Shown here: positions 24,121 through 38,489 of the stretch, in pieces
How positions within the stretch are numbered: the stretch's first letter is position 1
Layout of the letters: each line of letters begins with the position of its first letter
NCBI GenBank assembly: GCA_028023455.1
Contig: JAQFVV010000007.1
Span: 14,260,001 to 14,324,000 of the forward strand
Source: Epiperipatus broadwayi
Taxonomy: Eukaryota > Animalia > Onychophora
Reading direction: 5' to 3'
DNA: 64,000 nucleotides
Position numbers and translations under genes: made by a program
Notes under the pieces: generated by a model
The model's input: only the letters and a program-made list of their open reading frames with translations
Databases searched by the model: none
Told to the model about the DNA's origin: nothing

Positions 24121-26962
24121 TAATAATGTTGAAATTATTATCAAACTGAAGTCAAACATCCTTATATAGTATCATTTTTTGTACTTTTATGGGATTGTAA
24201 ACTGATATTGACCAGGAATAATTTGTAAAGACATTGAAGCTAACAGTATATTATGACCATTATGCTATGCTCATAGATTTCTATTTCATACCATTTTAAA
24301 ATGAATTTACTTTAGAATTTTATATTTAAAGCTGTGTTATATACTAAAATAAGTTCTGACATTTAGGTATTTGTTATAAAATAATAACAGCTTTTACATC
24401 ACAGGGAGAATAAGAACTTAATAACTTAACACTTATTAAATAATATGTTAGATTTATTGTAAAATAATCAATATTTTCTTGTGATAATAAACATATTTAT
24501 ATATGCAAGATATTTAGTGGGTGTATATAATATATATTGTACCAGACAGTCTTCCCTATTATGACTAATTGATGGCACCACCAGGCTTTTAACAGTTTTG
24601 AAAATTTATTTTGTGATGTGATATGTACTAACAGGTTAATGGTACTGTATAGAGATGTAAATTTATACAGTATAGCTAGATCCAAGTTAGAATTAGAGAT
24701 CTTTACTCCAGAAAACAATTGTAAGGCACACATCATCAACAATTTCTAGGCAAATACTATACATCATATGTTTATTAAAACAATATGTAAATTCACTTCA
24801 AATGGACATATAAAAAATACAATAAAAATACACCTATAATATATAATTATATATTCAGATATAATTATTACTGAGGTATGCCCTTTTTTTTACACAATTA
24901 AAAGTGAATTTATCATTTTAAAAGAAATCAATATTTCCACATAATTTACGGTTCACATAAGAAAAGAAATAATCAAACAACTTTCTTAAACAGTCATTCT
25001 ATAAATGTGTGTAAACTAAAGACTTTCACTCTTGATTTTACTTTTGCCAATTCTAATAAAATTTTAAGCTTATACAATAATGATATTTTTTATAATATGA
25101 GTACAGTGCAATCGTGTCTGAATCACAAGAAATAAAAAAATGAATACTAAATTCTAAATACTCTGCATTATATATCAGATCTTTAATATAATACATAGGA
25201 AGCTATTACAAAGGTTGACCTATGTAAAAGTAACCTACCTAAGGTCTAGCTATTTCTCATTTAAGCACTACCATAATACCCTAGCAATGTAAATGGCCAC
25301 AGTGTGGCTCTGCTAAGACATAATGGGAAATACAAAAGGAAAAAAATTTTTTAATAATAAATACACATCATAGTGACACACTTCTTATATATACAAATGC
25401 TATGATAATAGTATAAGTCTACATAATTTTTCTCTGTAATCTATCATATGCACATATGTATAAAATATTGAATTATCATTTGAAAACTTAATTAATTATA
25501 ACTATGCTGAAAAAAAAACAGTTTATTAAATTTCTGTTTTCTGTTATTTATTTAGCTGAGATTCATTTTCTGTTAGTCATTTAGCCAAGATGCACTGATT
25601 ACAAAACATACAATCTTTAATACTGCAAAGGGGAAAAGAAATGCGTTTCTTCCAAAACCAAAAAAAATAATAGCTGAAAAAATCTAGGCATTATAATGTG
25701 CGTGTTTGTTTTCAAATGCGTAATTTTAAAAGACTTCTCATTCATATCACCATTTCTCATATAATAAAAAAAATCATATTTAAAAAAAATATGAATTATA
25801 TAATTATATCTTATATTTTAACCTAAAACCAGGTAATAAAATTAACTAAATTCTAAACATTAGTAATATTGTATAGAACTTGATAATAATAAAAAAAAAA
25901 CAATACCACTTATGGCCTATTAAATTAGGATAAAAGTTCACCTTAATTTATTGCAAATCCATGACGAGTAGCAAACATTATCTTTCTATGTAAGTTCTAA
26001 ATGAGTATGTACTCTTTTTGGATTATTCATCATGATTCTTACTGGAATCCATTGATATCTGTCCATGGTGAAGTTGTTACCTGATCAGTGCAAGTGGTTA
26101 GTTTACTAAGAATTTAGCTTTATGCGAGTGCTGAAAATCTTGCCAGAAAGGAGAAGTTTGTTCTTCAAAGCTTAGCAGTGCATATTAACTATTAAGATTG
26201 TTGTGGAGCATTTAGAATAACATGGCAATGAAGTTCAAAAACTGTTTTTACAAAACTAAAACAGGTTGGCATTTCCTTGTTCTCTCTTTCTCTTTTTGAA
26301 GTTCAGAATAAATTTATAATAAAACCCTGGAAGCTTTTATAAGGCTTATACTATTGTTTTTTTTTTTAAAAAAATTATAGAATTTTTACTTCAGCACTAA
26401 TTTCGCAAAATAATTTCAGAAAATTATTATTTTTTTACTACAATTATTGAATTCTGATTTAACTAATTTACATTAACAAATTCCTTTATGACAATACCCA
26501 ATGCAACTAAATTCCATGTTTCTCAAATTCATTATCCTTATATAGATTTTAAACCAATTTACTCTGATTAAGCATTGGCCTTTTGGAATTTTATAAAAAA
26601 TTTTGTCGAATAATAAAAAAATGATTACAAAATGTATTTGACTATTATTTAAGATTACATTTATTAAATCTTAGTTAAGAAAAATTAAATAGGTTAGAAT
26701 TGAATGGTAAATGAACTATAAAATATGAATTTTAATATTAATCAAACTAACATAAAAAAACAATTTTGAGACCTGATCAAGTGTCTCAACATAGAAGTGT
26801 CATATGTGGATGGATGTGCATAGTACTGTTCGTAAAGGAGTGGCATTTGTAGGTTGGTGTGTATACTATTGTAAAATTTTTCATCATATTTGTTTAGTAG
26901 CATTAATCAACAACTTTTAATGTTAAAGAAAAAAAGGCATATGGTTTCTTTTCTTGGAAGTT

Positions 26963-27057
26963 CATAAGAAGTTTGAGTGCCAGACCTGAAAGCATTAGAT
27001 TCGAACCTGGAATCTCCTGATCCCAATTTGGATGTTCTACCAATGCATATGCTCTCC
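26963..27057 (-). mobile_element. tRNA-derived SINE head
   Basis: Minus strand: A-box-like ..TTGGTAGAAC, B-box GGTTCGAATC, then ggtctggcactcaaacttcttatg, shared with 44721-44801. Confidence 0.65.
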
Positions 27058-28138
27058 CAACTACACAAAACTGCACATGTCATATTGTTATTATTAATAA
27101 TAAACAGTATTTTATTTTAATTTAACTTTTTTCTTACTTGATGTTTGCATCTAAAAATTAAACAGAGAATAAAAAACGATGTTATACAAAGATTTTTGAA
27201 CAACTTAAAATACAAACTTTAAAAAAAAAACTATGGGAAAACTGGAACAATAATGAGAAAGTACAAATAATAAAGATCAACAAAATTATTATACAGTATA
27301 CAGTGGACTCTATGAAAAGGCAATTAGTTCTCTCCCCAAGCTGTCTATAGAATCTTTTCTGAATCAATTCATGTGTTATTATTCATCACAAATATTTTAG
27401 GTATTTATGTATCCGGATCAAAAGCTAGATTATGAAATGTAGCAGTTTTGTGCTTTCATGGATTATATTCAGTTTTCTCCCTGCCATCTCAAAATCTTAT
27501 AAACCAAAAATAAGTGAAAAGAAAGTGTTTTGCATTGGCAATTAATCAAAAGACTCATAAAAGAAAATCAGAGAATTGCATTTATTCAGCTTTTTTCAGT
27601 TTTTAGATACAGTTTCCAGATTAATATTTCGACCAATGCTTTTATTTATTCTTTAAATTTCAGAATAATTTCCAATTTGATGTCAAAGGTTTTTATTACT
27701 TTTAATGATCAGGACTCAATCTGATTTTATTTTCTATAACTGAGAACTTTTGTGTGATATTGACATTATCAGAAAATCTATTATTGATAACTTTGTAGTG
27801 TAACTATTCTATATTATTACAATATCTTTTGAAGGTGCCAAATGTACTGGACTCATAACTATGATACTATCCTCCCCAGATAAATGAATTATTAACTAAT
27901 ATTAATCTTTTTAAGGCTAGAAATTGTCGTATAATTTGAGCCAAATAAACATTTTATATTTTAATCAAAGATAAATATATTTGTTATTATTATACACAAC
28001 CACAAGGGACAATTCACTCATTTTGCTCTAATGATATGAGCAAAACCTTTGTAATTAAATCAATTAATGAATGCTAGTTTAGCATAAAATGCATTGTAGA
28101 AGTTGTTGTCTTCTCAAATATCTTTATTCTAGTGATTA

Positions 28139-28926
28139 CAATTATCAATAAAGCAAGTCATATATAATGTGACATTGCTTTTATAAGCTTGTATTTACAA
28201 AAATGCAAAAATGTAATACAGAGAGCATACCAATAGCTCAAACAATTTCTTAATTGATAAGTTGGTAACATAAAATATTTAAAATCTTTATCCAAAAAAC
28301 TTTTATCCCCAGACCAATTGGTTTCGAGCTTATGGCTCACCTCAGCGAGGAGCTAGAATTTTTAGACACTAGATCTAAAATATCAACCCAAAAGTCAGCA
28401 CTTATTTCATACATAATATTTAAGTAGAAACTCTGAAGTTTTTGGACATAAAAATGTCTTTTACTCTAGCTATATAACTTAAATAGCTATATAGGACTGA
28501 ACCAAATTCATATCTACCATATATTAATAGCCTCAGCATAGCCAAAGTCATAAAGGTAAAATTATAATTATCAATAAAGCAAGTCATATATAACATGACA
28601 CTGATTTGGCTGTGCTGAGGCTATTAATATATGGTAGATCTAAATTTGGTTCAGTTCCATATAGCTATTTAAGTTAGATAGCTGGAGTAAAAGACATTTT
28701 CATGTTCAAAAACTTCAGAGTTTCTACTTAAATATTACCTATGAAATAAGTGCTGGGTTTTGAGTTGATATTTTAGATCTAGTGTCTGAATATTCTAGCT
28801 CCTCACTGAGATGAGCCATATGCTCAAAACCAATTGGTCTGGGGATAAGAGTTTTTTCAATAGACATTTTAAATATTTTTTCTTACTGCACATCAATTAA
28901 GAGCTTGTTTGAGCTATTGATACACT
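28139..28926. mobile_element. Non-autonomous inverted-repeat element with one HHR per arm (family 2) and an 11-bp TSD
   Basis: Arms about 28226-28545 and 28606-28925 are reverse complements. TCTAGTGATTA flanks both ends (28128-28138, 28926-28936). HHR-like motifs at 28351-28306 (-) and 28800-28845 (+). Confidence 0.85.
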
Positions 28927-28959
28927 CTAGTGATTAGAGTAAATGTGATAAGATGAAAG

Positions 28960-29720
28960 TTATAACTATTCTCTATTATTTTGATCTCAGTTTGATTTTC
29001 AACTTTGGTTGTAATCAAATCCATTGAATAATTTTCATCAAATTTTACCATAATTTTTTTTTATCTTATATATCTTTTTGCAAAATGATTCTTATTTATC
29101 AAGCTTATTTCTAATTTCAATACTTTTGTAAATACCATTGAATCATCTGACATCTATTTTAATTTTTCTAATTGTTTTATCTTACCAAATGTTTTTCTAT
29201 AATTATTTGTTCTTACTTTCACAGTTTATCATATTCATCATCAGACTTATTCAAAATCTCAAATCAGTTATTGATGTTATTTCTAAAATGTGTTATGTAT
29301 AAGATCTAGGTTATGTCTAAGATAATGGATAAATTTAATGCTATTTTGTATCATTATTAGTAACTGACAATTTGTTTGTAACATCTTTCTGGACATAGTT
29401 TTGTAATTAAATCTGAAGTCTTTTATTTTCTGTTGCCAATTTTGCAATCTGTTTTATTTCTATAAATTTCATTCAATGATATCTATGCATTTATTTATTA
29501 TTTCAATTGCCTGAAAGAAGATTATTGTTAATGAAAAGATTTCTGTAGTTTTTCTCTATTTTATTTTTGTTTTTAAGTGAATATTGTATGGCAGCTTTAC
29601 TTATTTTTCTTTTGGCATTTTTCAATCACCATTTATCATAAAGTTTGTCAATTTTTTTATTCTAACATGTTTAAATTTTTACTCCACTTGTTTAAATTAT
29701 TTAGATATAAAAATATATAA
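28960..29720 (-). mobile_element. Highly decayed RTE-like APE-RT linker remnant
   Basis: Resembles the 11.0-11.6 kb RTE segment, with an (N)RFEILN-like remnant at about 29250. Confidence 0.3.
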
Positions 29721-31499
29721 ATCATTTTTATGTGTAAGATTGCACCATGTTGAATGATACTGTTGATCATTTCAACTTTAACTCAGTCACTTGTAGCAAT
29801 TTGTAGTCCTCTTGAGTCAGTTTTGCATTCATTTGACAGCAAAGACTAAAACTAAATTAATATTGATTTATTAATTGTTAAAAAAGTCTCATGGTGGCAA
29901 TATTGTACAATGATATTTATTAAAATGAACCAAAAATTATCCTACACATTGCTGATTAGTTGTTTTTCGTTCTGCTTCCATAATGGTAATTATTAGAATT
30001 TTTGAGCATAGTCATACTTGTATTAGATTATAAAAATAAAAACATATTTTTTATAGTTTGTTTATTTATTTTGTAAAATATTTACATTATATTTATTTTG
30101 TTAGAAAAATAATATGATTAGATGCATATTTATTTGAAAATATGTAATTTGAGAGAAAGACAAGATCAAGAGAAATCAATGATGTATGTTTGTAAACATT
30201 TAATTGGCTGAAAAAAATCATTCACATTGATTTAGTGATTTTATTTTTGTGATTCTTTTAAAATAATTATAAGTAAAATTTTACATTTTAAATAGAATTA
30301 CAGTAATTGGTACAATAATTTGTTTGGGTTTTAGAAACTGAATTAAAACAAGTCTAAATTTTTTATTACGCTAATAATGATATGAAAAAAGTTATTGTTC
30401 TTATTAAATACTTCAATTTAATATTTAATTTCAAAGTTGAAGTAATATTTTTAAGGATATATTTTGTTTGTAATCATATATTTCTAATAAATAATTTGAA
30501 TATATAATAAAAAATAAAGGTACATTTGAAATTAAATTGAAAGGCTGCAAACTATCATGCTTATTATAATACTTATCTGACAGCCAATCAGATGTCATGA
30601 TGGCTGTCTGAATATCAATCCAACCCATAAACCCAAGACATAGAATTTTACAAGAAAAGTATGGTCCACCCTCTTCTTTACTTATCTTTCTATATATCTA
30701 AGCCAGTCTGAAGCATTTAGGTTTGAAAGTGTGAAGCTTTAAATATCTTCACATTTAACTCACTGAGTCTAAATAACAAATATACAGTGCAAAATCCTAT
30801 GATTTACTATGCAGTAGTTTTTAGATGTTATAAATTACAGTAACATATGTAAATAATATTTATTTTATAAAGGTACATTTGGTAAAAAAAAAAAAGTTGA
30901 AAATTTAATCCAAACCATCAATAGGAGAATTAAAAAGAAAAGAAAAGCTATATGAAGGTTAAAATAGCATTAAATAGAAGTTAGCAAAATCTATAAGTTC
31001 TTTCTTACTTCTACATACCTATCTTAATGCTACGAATATGACCAGCCTGCTTGAAAGCAGTGCTAGTTATAATTTTATAGTCTTTTTTTGCATTGAGGAG
31101 CTTTTCTATTTTATTGAATTACAAAATTAGATATACAAATTATAGGAATACCAGTACTGTGTATAACAATGAGAGCTTTAAAAACACTTTTAATGCAATT
31201 TCAGTGTTGAACACCTTTATCAAAGTCATACGTTTTTAAAATAAGAACAAATAGAAATATGAAATTATAAAATTAAACATGTACTAAAATGTACATTTGA
31301 ACACTATTAAATTTTCTATTATCACTGAATCTGTGTTATTAATGAAGCACATCTTTTTAAGTTTTCATTTCCTGACATTATAATTAGTGCATATCATCTG
31401 TATGTCTTTAGGATTAACAAGATGAATCAATATTATTTTATATTCCTATGATATTGTAGAACCTATTTCAATATATATATATATATATATTGGAACAGA

Positions 31500-31854
31500 A
31501 GCAAAGTATCTAAATGATTATCGAAAGCATGTTGGGAGTAACAAGAAGGCATCGAAAACACAATGTATGAGTAAAAGAACAAACAGGTGTTACTGACCTC
31601 ATTGAAAAAATTAAAAGACTGAAGTGGAGTTGGGCTGGACATATTATTAAAAGAGATGATAATAGATGGACAATTGAAATTTTAAACTGGATGCCAAGAG
31701 ATTGTAAAAGACCCAGAAAGAGACCACATGTGAGATGGATGGATGAAATAAGAAAGTGTGCAGGGGTGATGTAGAGAAGAGAAGCTAAAGATAGGAAAAG
31801 ATGGATTGAACTTGGAGAGACCTTCATCCTGCAGTGAATTGATAATGGTTGTTG

Positions 31855-31856
<2 letters not shown>
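31500..31856 (+). mobile_element. RTE-clade LINE 3' fragment
   Basis: Encodes ...EQTGVTDLIEKIKRLKWSWAGHIIKRDDNRWTIEILNWMPRDCKRPRKRPHVRWMDEIRK, the RTE C-terminal motif. Confidence 0.9.
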
Positions 31857-31885
<29 letters not shown>

Positions 31886-33169
31886 TGTGTGCGCGCGCGT
31901 GTGTGTGGCATTATAACCTGGATGAATTAATGAGTACTAGTTGAGCAGTAAATCCATTTTGGAAATTGTTTCAATTATCTTTATTCATGTGATTACAGTA
32001 TTTATTATGAAATGAAAGTTATAACAAATCTCTATCATGTTCATGTCAATTTGATATTTAACTTTGGATATAATCAAATCCACTGAATAATTTTCAGCAA
32101 AATTAAATAAAAATTAAATAGAAATTGATACAAATGATATTCTCATCAGATTCAATGTTACTTTTTTATTTACAAATATTCTAATTGATAAAGCTTTATA
32201 TGCCATTTCTTAACATGGCAATTTACCAGACCATATTACTGCACTAGCAAAACATTGCCTTTCAAACACTTAAGCAAATATTTTGTATTTCTATGGGCTC
32301 AATCATTTCCAGGATATTAGCTGATTTATTTATTGAGCTCATATAAATTGAAGCTTTAGAGTCAGCATTTTTAAAACCTTGTTTGTTTCAGGTATATATC
32401 CAAAATATTTATCATCTGGTAACATGGTAAAAATAAATTATATGCTTTTTTTCACACATATAAACAATATACATCATCTTATTAAAAATATAATACAAAC
32501 AGAGAAAGATGGGAATCTTATCTTTATTAATATATTCATCACTAACAGAGTATATTTTTGCCCCCCCTTTTTTTTTTTAGAAAACTACTTGCACAGGTAG
32601 ATACCTGCAATATTCATCATCATCTAGTTCAAATATTTCTGCAGCCAAAACTCTTTTAAAACCCATAAAGTTTATAAAATGTCATGTGGTATCTCTAGGG
32701 CTTCTTTTGTAGATATGATTAATGATCAATACTAGAAAAATGGACGTGTTAGTGCTGTTAAGCTGAAATCCACATTAGCACTCTCACTCTTCACTATGAA
32801 TATGGATTATAGCATTAAATTTCTCTAATACCAGAATCCTTTCCATATGTAACACTCTCCAACAATATAGAGAAGCGATTTATATCTTCCAAAGACCAGA
32901 TTGTATTAACAAAATGATAGTGATGTAAAATACTTTCTATTTGGATGATTTTTTAAAACACTGTTAATGTAAATTGTTTCTGATTTTTATTATTTCCACA
33001 TTTTTTTCTATGGCAGAACTTTTCAGTATTGTTGTAAGCCAATATTTACAGGACCTCTATAACCATTTTTATAATACTCACTACCAAGTTGATGGTTAAT
33101 GTGACTCAGTCAAAGTGTTGGTGTATATTTTTAGTACAATAAATTATACACAGATGAACACAGATATGT

Positions 33170-33245
<76 letters not shown>
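33170..33245. repeat. (TA)n microsatellite, interrupted
   Basis: Read directly from the sequence. Confidence 0.95.
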
Positions 33246-33247
<2 letters not shown>

Positions 33248-35078
33248 GAGTGTATCCTACTGAGAAGATGACTAACTTCCCCTTCTATTTATCTTCAGGA
33301 TATTATTTAAATCATTACATATTTTATGTAGTGACATATGTTAGTTTTGTCTCAACAATTTTAAGTGCTAATATATCTGATCACATGTTATAATACGAAC
33401 TATGAAAAGTGTGTTTGTACCTTGTCATTTGTTTCAATACTCTTGCTGCCATCACAAAATTTTGGAAAACCACTTGAAACTATTATAAATTGATGGTCTC
33501 ACTGCTATTCATAGTTCCAGATGTAGGTCATTCTAATTCAAAACAAAATTTGATATTTGTCTGTTCCATTGTTGACTAAGCTATGAAACACCTTACACAT
33601 TTCATGTTGTATCCTGTGATATAAGCATACTATCATCATATTTTTGTTGTAGATAGCTAGAGTATGTTTCTACATAACATATGTAGTGATTTGTATATGG
33701 ATCTGAAAGATACTTGGAGGCAAGACCAATAATATTTTTGCTTGGTCATATTGTGTACATGCTGTTTAACTTTAAATTACCTTAGCTGATTATTTTCAGA
33801 ATTATATTCTAAATTGTTTCTTGTAATATCATCTTTGATAGTTATTCATGATATAATAGTTACAGTGTGTTTTCAGATGTAGAATATCTCAGTTTAAGTC
33901 TATCACTATTTTAAATGCCATTGTATTAGTTATCCATTCTTATCTTTATCAAATCATTTTTTCCCTTTTTACAGTATTTTATTGGTTCAATTAATAATCT
34001 GCTTGCAGCATTTTATTTTTCTTCTCTCACATAAAAATATCAGTAATTAAATTTTCAATGAGCTTTAATGTGGTCACAATATCTAAATTGTAGCTGTACT
34101 GGAAAATATTCTTGGTTCTTCTACGGAAATGTGATGCATATCTTTTGTCCTAAATATTATAATGACAACATTTTAAAACTATTTATAAACTTTTCATTAT
34201 TGTTGAAAAGAATAGATTATCTATGATTTCCCACTCCTGTGTGGTTTGAAGCTTCATTTGAATTTTACATAGCTGTGAATAATTTGTAATCACTTATCAT
34301 ATGCTACATATACAGTGTATTCCAATGGAAAAATGGTTGATCTAAGCTACCTGTAGTGTTATATTTCAATCAACAGGTGTTCATGTTGGTATAATTTAGT
34401 TATCTATTAAGAGTTATGACCTGAAATGCAACAGTGCATTTCATACTTTATAGATCATCTTTTATTACTCTCCTGCCATCATCATGTAAACTACTTAAAA
34501 ACATTCTCACAAATTTTTAGCACAGTACATAGTGTGAATCATTTAAAATGTTTCAGTAACATTTTTTACCAATTTAAAACGAAATTTAATGTTAGAACAT
34601 AGTTCAACTATTGTAGATTAATGTTACAAAACACACCATTTCATATCATAACTTGTAGTTCAAATGCACTAATACTTAAAATTTTGTGCAGTCAATAGCT
34701 AGACTATGTTGCTAGGTAACATATGTCTTGATTTAGAGAGAGTGTTGCAGATATCTTATGGAGAAAATTAATCACCAGCAATGCTTTAAAGTATTTGCAG
34801 TGAATGTCTAAATTATGTTACTATGTAACACATACATTGATTAAGAGATGGTGTTTGAGACAGCTTGTAAAAAAAACAAGTCACCAGTCATCTTTTTCCT
34901 AAAATACTGAATACCTTTTAGAAACAATACATTAAGAGAAAACAAACAGATAGAAAAAAACAAAACACAAATGTCTCCTCATGAAAAATGTGGAGATGAA
35001 ACAGCATAGATTTTAGTATACAAAAAAGATTTTGCAAAATCAAAGCACTTCACATTGACAAACCTGCAAATAGAAGAC

Positions 35079-35156
35079 CACAAGAAATGTAAAATTACAA
35101 CTTTCACAAGAAATATAACATTACAACTTTCACAAGAAATGTAAAATTACAACTTT
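35079..35156. repeat. 3 x 26-bp tandem repeat
   Basis: cacaagaaatgtaaaattacaacttt units start at 35079, 35105 and 35131. Confidence 0.9.
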
Positions 35157-35165
35157 TATAAAGTA

Positions 35166-35195
35166 ACTAGTGGTTTCACGCCTTTGGCTTAAGGC
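35166..35195 (-). mobile_element. Helitron-like 3' terminus
   Basis: Minus strand: GCCTT-AAGCCA-AAGGC hairpin, 9 nt, CTAG, then T. The 5' end was not located. Confidence 0.45.
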
Positions 35196-36989
35196 ATAGA
35201 TTTTAAAAGTCACTTATTTTCTCTGTTTTAAAGTGTATAATGTTCTAACTTATTGTTTTTTTTTTTAAAAAGTTTGCTTTAAAATTTGTATTTTCAATAT
35301 GTGTATGTATATATATTCCAGTTTTTATTGTTTTTTATCAATTCTTTTCATATTTCAACTCTCCTTCTGTAACCATCTGCTAGTGGAGTTATATTGATAT
35401 TTCTGTATCATTAAAAATAGTCTGTGGCATTTTGCTTTGAAAGATTTCCAGAATGAAAGTTCATGCTTTGTTTTCAAGGTGTCTATTGGATATGTGAAAT
35501 AAAACTAAAATCTTTTTTTATGTTGCTTATTCTGTATTGTGTACCACTGTATGGTAACATTAAAGCATGGTCAAATGTTTAGATAATTAAAAAATAAAAT
35601 ATGCATGACAACAGAAAAGTGTGTATAGATTTTATACTTAGTATACTGAGAAACTTTATAGCTGTTTTTGTATAATGATGACATCTCATGCTCTAGATAT
35701 AGTCTTCAGAATGTTGTTTGTTATGTGATCAAGCAGAAAACTGCAGTGGCATATTCAAAATGTAAAGGTTTGTGATTTGATACCCAGTTAAGAAATGCAA
35801 ACCAAATTACTATCTTAATTTGGTCAAACATGTGACAATATACTCAATCCAATACTTTGATGATCAAATATATCATATCATTGCTAAATTCAGTAGACAT
35901 GAGGGTTCAAATATTATGTCATCTTCAGTAATAACTATTTGTTTATTACTACTACGTCTCAAATTACCCATAGATGTGTGCACGCACGCACACACACGAT
36001 ATAGAAATTCAAATAATTTGATATATTTTCTGTTTGTCTGCAATTGTTCTGTGTGGATTGTGAAAAGCGCGTTTGATATAGTTTCAAGTTAGATGAATTT
36101 CTATATGTAATAATTTTATCTTATATAATATAGGTTATTTACTATATATATATGAAGGCTACTTTTCTGAATGCATAACTCATTATTAATATTTCAAGCA
36201 AGGATTAAATTCTTTATGAAATGAAGCTTCAACATTTTTTCATTTAGGTAGATGGTTTGTTTTTTTTTAAATTGTACTTTGCTTGTTCTTAGCTCTTTTT
36301 TTTTGTTACAAATACGTATTATTTTTATTATCTCTCATTTGTTACCTAGTCGTAGCCTGTGTGTATGTGTGTGTGTGTTCTTGCGGACATCATTTTTAAT
36401 ATCATAATGAATGTTCGGTTTTTTCACTTACATATATATGTTGGAAAGCGACATATCTAATTTTAAAATTAATGATAACTTAAAAAAAAAAAAAAATTCT
36501 AAAATTAATGATAACTTTTATTTCAATCCTATCTTGCAGCATTTTGAAAAAAAAAAAACCTTTTTTTTTTTTTAAATAACAGATTTTATCATTAAAGTTT
36601 TCATTTATTATTCTCTCTATATATTTAATAACAGGTAATTTAATTGTAAATCTTAATTATTATTAAGCTTATTTTTTTATTATTCTATTTTGACCTACTT
36701 AATTAACAATGGTACTTTGGATAACAGGTAGTTTTATTGTTGTAAACACAAGATACTCTTCAATTTCCTCACTGATTGTTCATCCCTGACATATTTAAAT
36801 AAAATCAATGAAATTATTGATTACTACTTGTTTTAGAGTATTCGTAGTAATTTATTTACAAGTTCTAACTTTGTAAAGTAATATAATAGTAAGAAATGTA
36901 TAAGTTTAGAGACTTTCTTTTGCTCAAATACAAATATGAAAACGTTGTAGTTATTTATATATATTAAGTACAAGTATATTTTATATACC

Positions 36990-37362
36990 TGGAGGATTTA
37001 AATGAACAAGATCCTTTACATTAGAGTTCAGAGTGATTTAAAACGAACATGGGCATAACAATAATATTGGCATTAACAAGGGGTTTGGGAATTCCATCAC
37101 CAGGTTTTCAATGGTAGAGATGGCTGAAGAGTTGGAGGGTGGTGTAGATTGAAGCCTGTCTACAAAAATGTTAAGATTTGGTATCTTAATATAAAATGAG
37201 CACTGATTATATATGTGTGTGAGAGATGGTGATCTGGTTCAGCAAGAAATACTTATATTGGAGATCATTTATCTTTTTCACATGTGTGTAATCATATCTA
37301 TCATTTGTATAAGATACAGTCGATACCCAAAAAAATGTGAAAGTCTGTGTTCAAATCCCCTA
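36990..37362 (+). mobile_element. Family 1 repeat copy with CUGAUGA deleted
   Basis: Has the upstream body, then gatctgg-ttcagcaa-GAAA-TACTTA-TA-TTGG (apparent deletion between two ctgg), then B-box-like GTGTTCAAATCCC at 37347-37359. Confidence 0.75.
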
Positions 37363-38489
37363 TATATATATATTTGTAATAGTATACTTTGTTTTACAAG
37401 TGTCAAAGTGTCTGCCCTTACAATTTTAATAACAACTACTAATGATATATTAAACTGAAGATTATCTATAGCCCAGCTATCAATTTTAAACATTAGGTGA
37501 AAATTTATTGCATTGTTTAGTACAATAATACAGTATCAGAGTCTGGATCTAAAATGAATTGGGTCCATTCCAGTTCTGGTATTTTTGTTGCTGAAATTTT
37601 TATGAATTGCTAAGCAATAATGTCATTTGATCTTTTTATAATTATTTTAGTTGAAGATAATTAAATATAGAATATTGAGCATGAACTGCATCGTGGGAAA
37701 CATTTGACTTTTTAAAATGTCTTTATTCAATTGTTTCAGGAATGTATGGTGAAGTGAACATTTTAAATATATATATATATGGTCATTTATAGTAACTAGC
37801 ATTCTGACAAAGGTTAGAATAGTAAGGTGATACAATTTAGCCATGAGAAAAAAACTTAAGAAGTTAAAGAATTAAAAGTCACATATTTAGTGAGGAAAAA
37901 AGTAAGATTGGATGTCTCTTAGCATAACAGAAGCTATTGTTAATTTTAGATAAAGATTTAAATCATGAAACATGATTATTTCAAAATTAAAACTATAACA
38001 GTAACATGTTTCATATTTAAAATTAAGTTTATGTGCATAAGGGAGGAGGGGGGATTTCAAAAGAGTGCTTATGTATTATTTAATCTTGCACTGATGAAAG
38101 TCGCTAGAAACAAACAAATATGTGAATTAAAGATATTAATGATCTTCTAAGAAAGTAAATAAATTAATTTAGTACTTAAATATTAAATAATATTCTGTGT
38201 GTGTGTGTGTGATGTGTTTACATATAAATAGCTTGATATATACATAAATTAAATGGAAGGAAGCTACATTTCCAAAAGTTATGTCTATAAATTCAAGAAA
38301 TATATGGACTTTTTATTTTTTAAGCACAGATGTAAATTAAGCAATTATTTTTAAACATTATTGGGAATAGTGTGATAATTGTATATTAGTATGATTTAAA
38401 TATGTTTATGATATTTCATTTTTAATATCTATTGGTTGTTTTCTCATCCCTGGTATTCACCTAGAGATGTCACTATTTCTAGGTCAATT

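Noticed and set aside
31510-31911. 133-aa hydrophobic minus-strand ORF (and the similar one at 44335..44589)
   Set aside because: Antisense reading of RTE 3' fragments.
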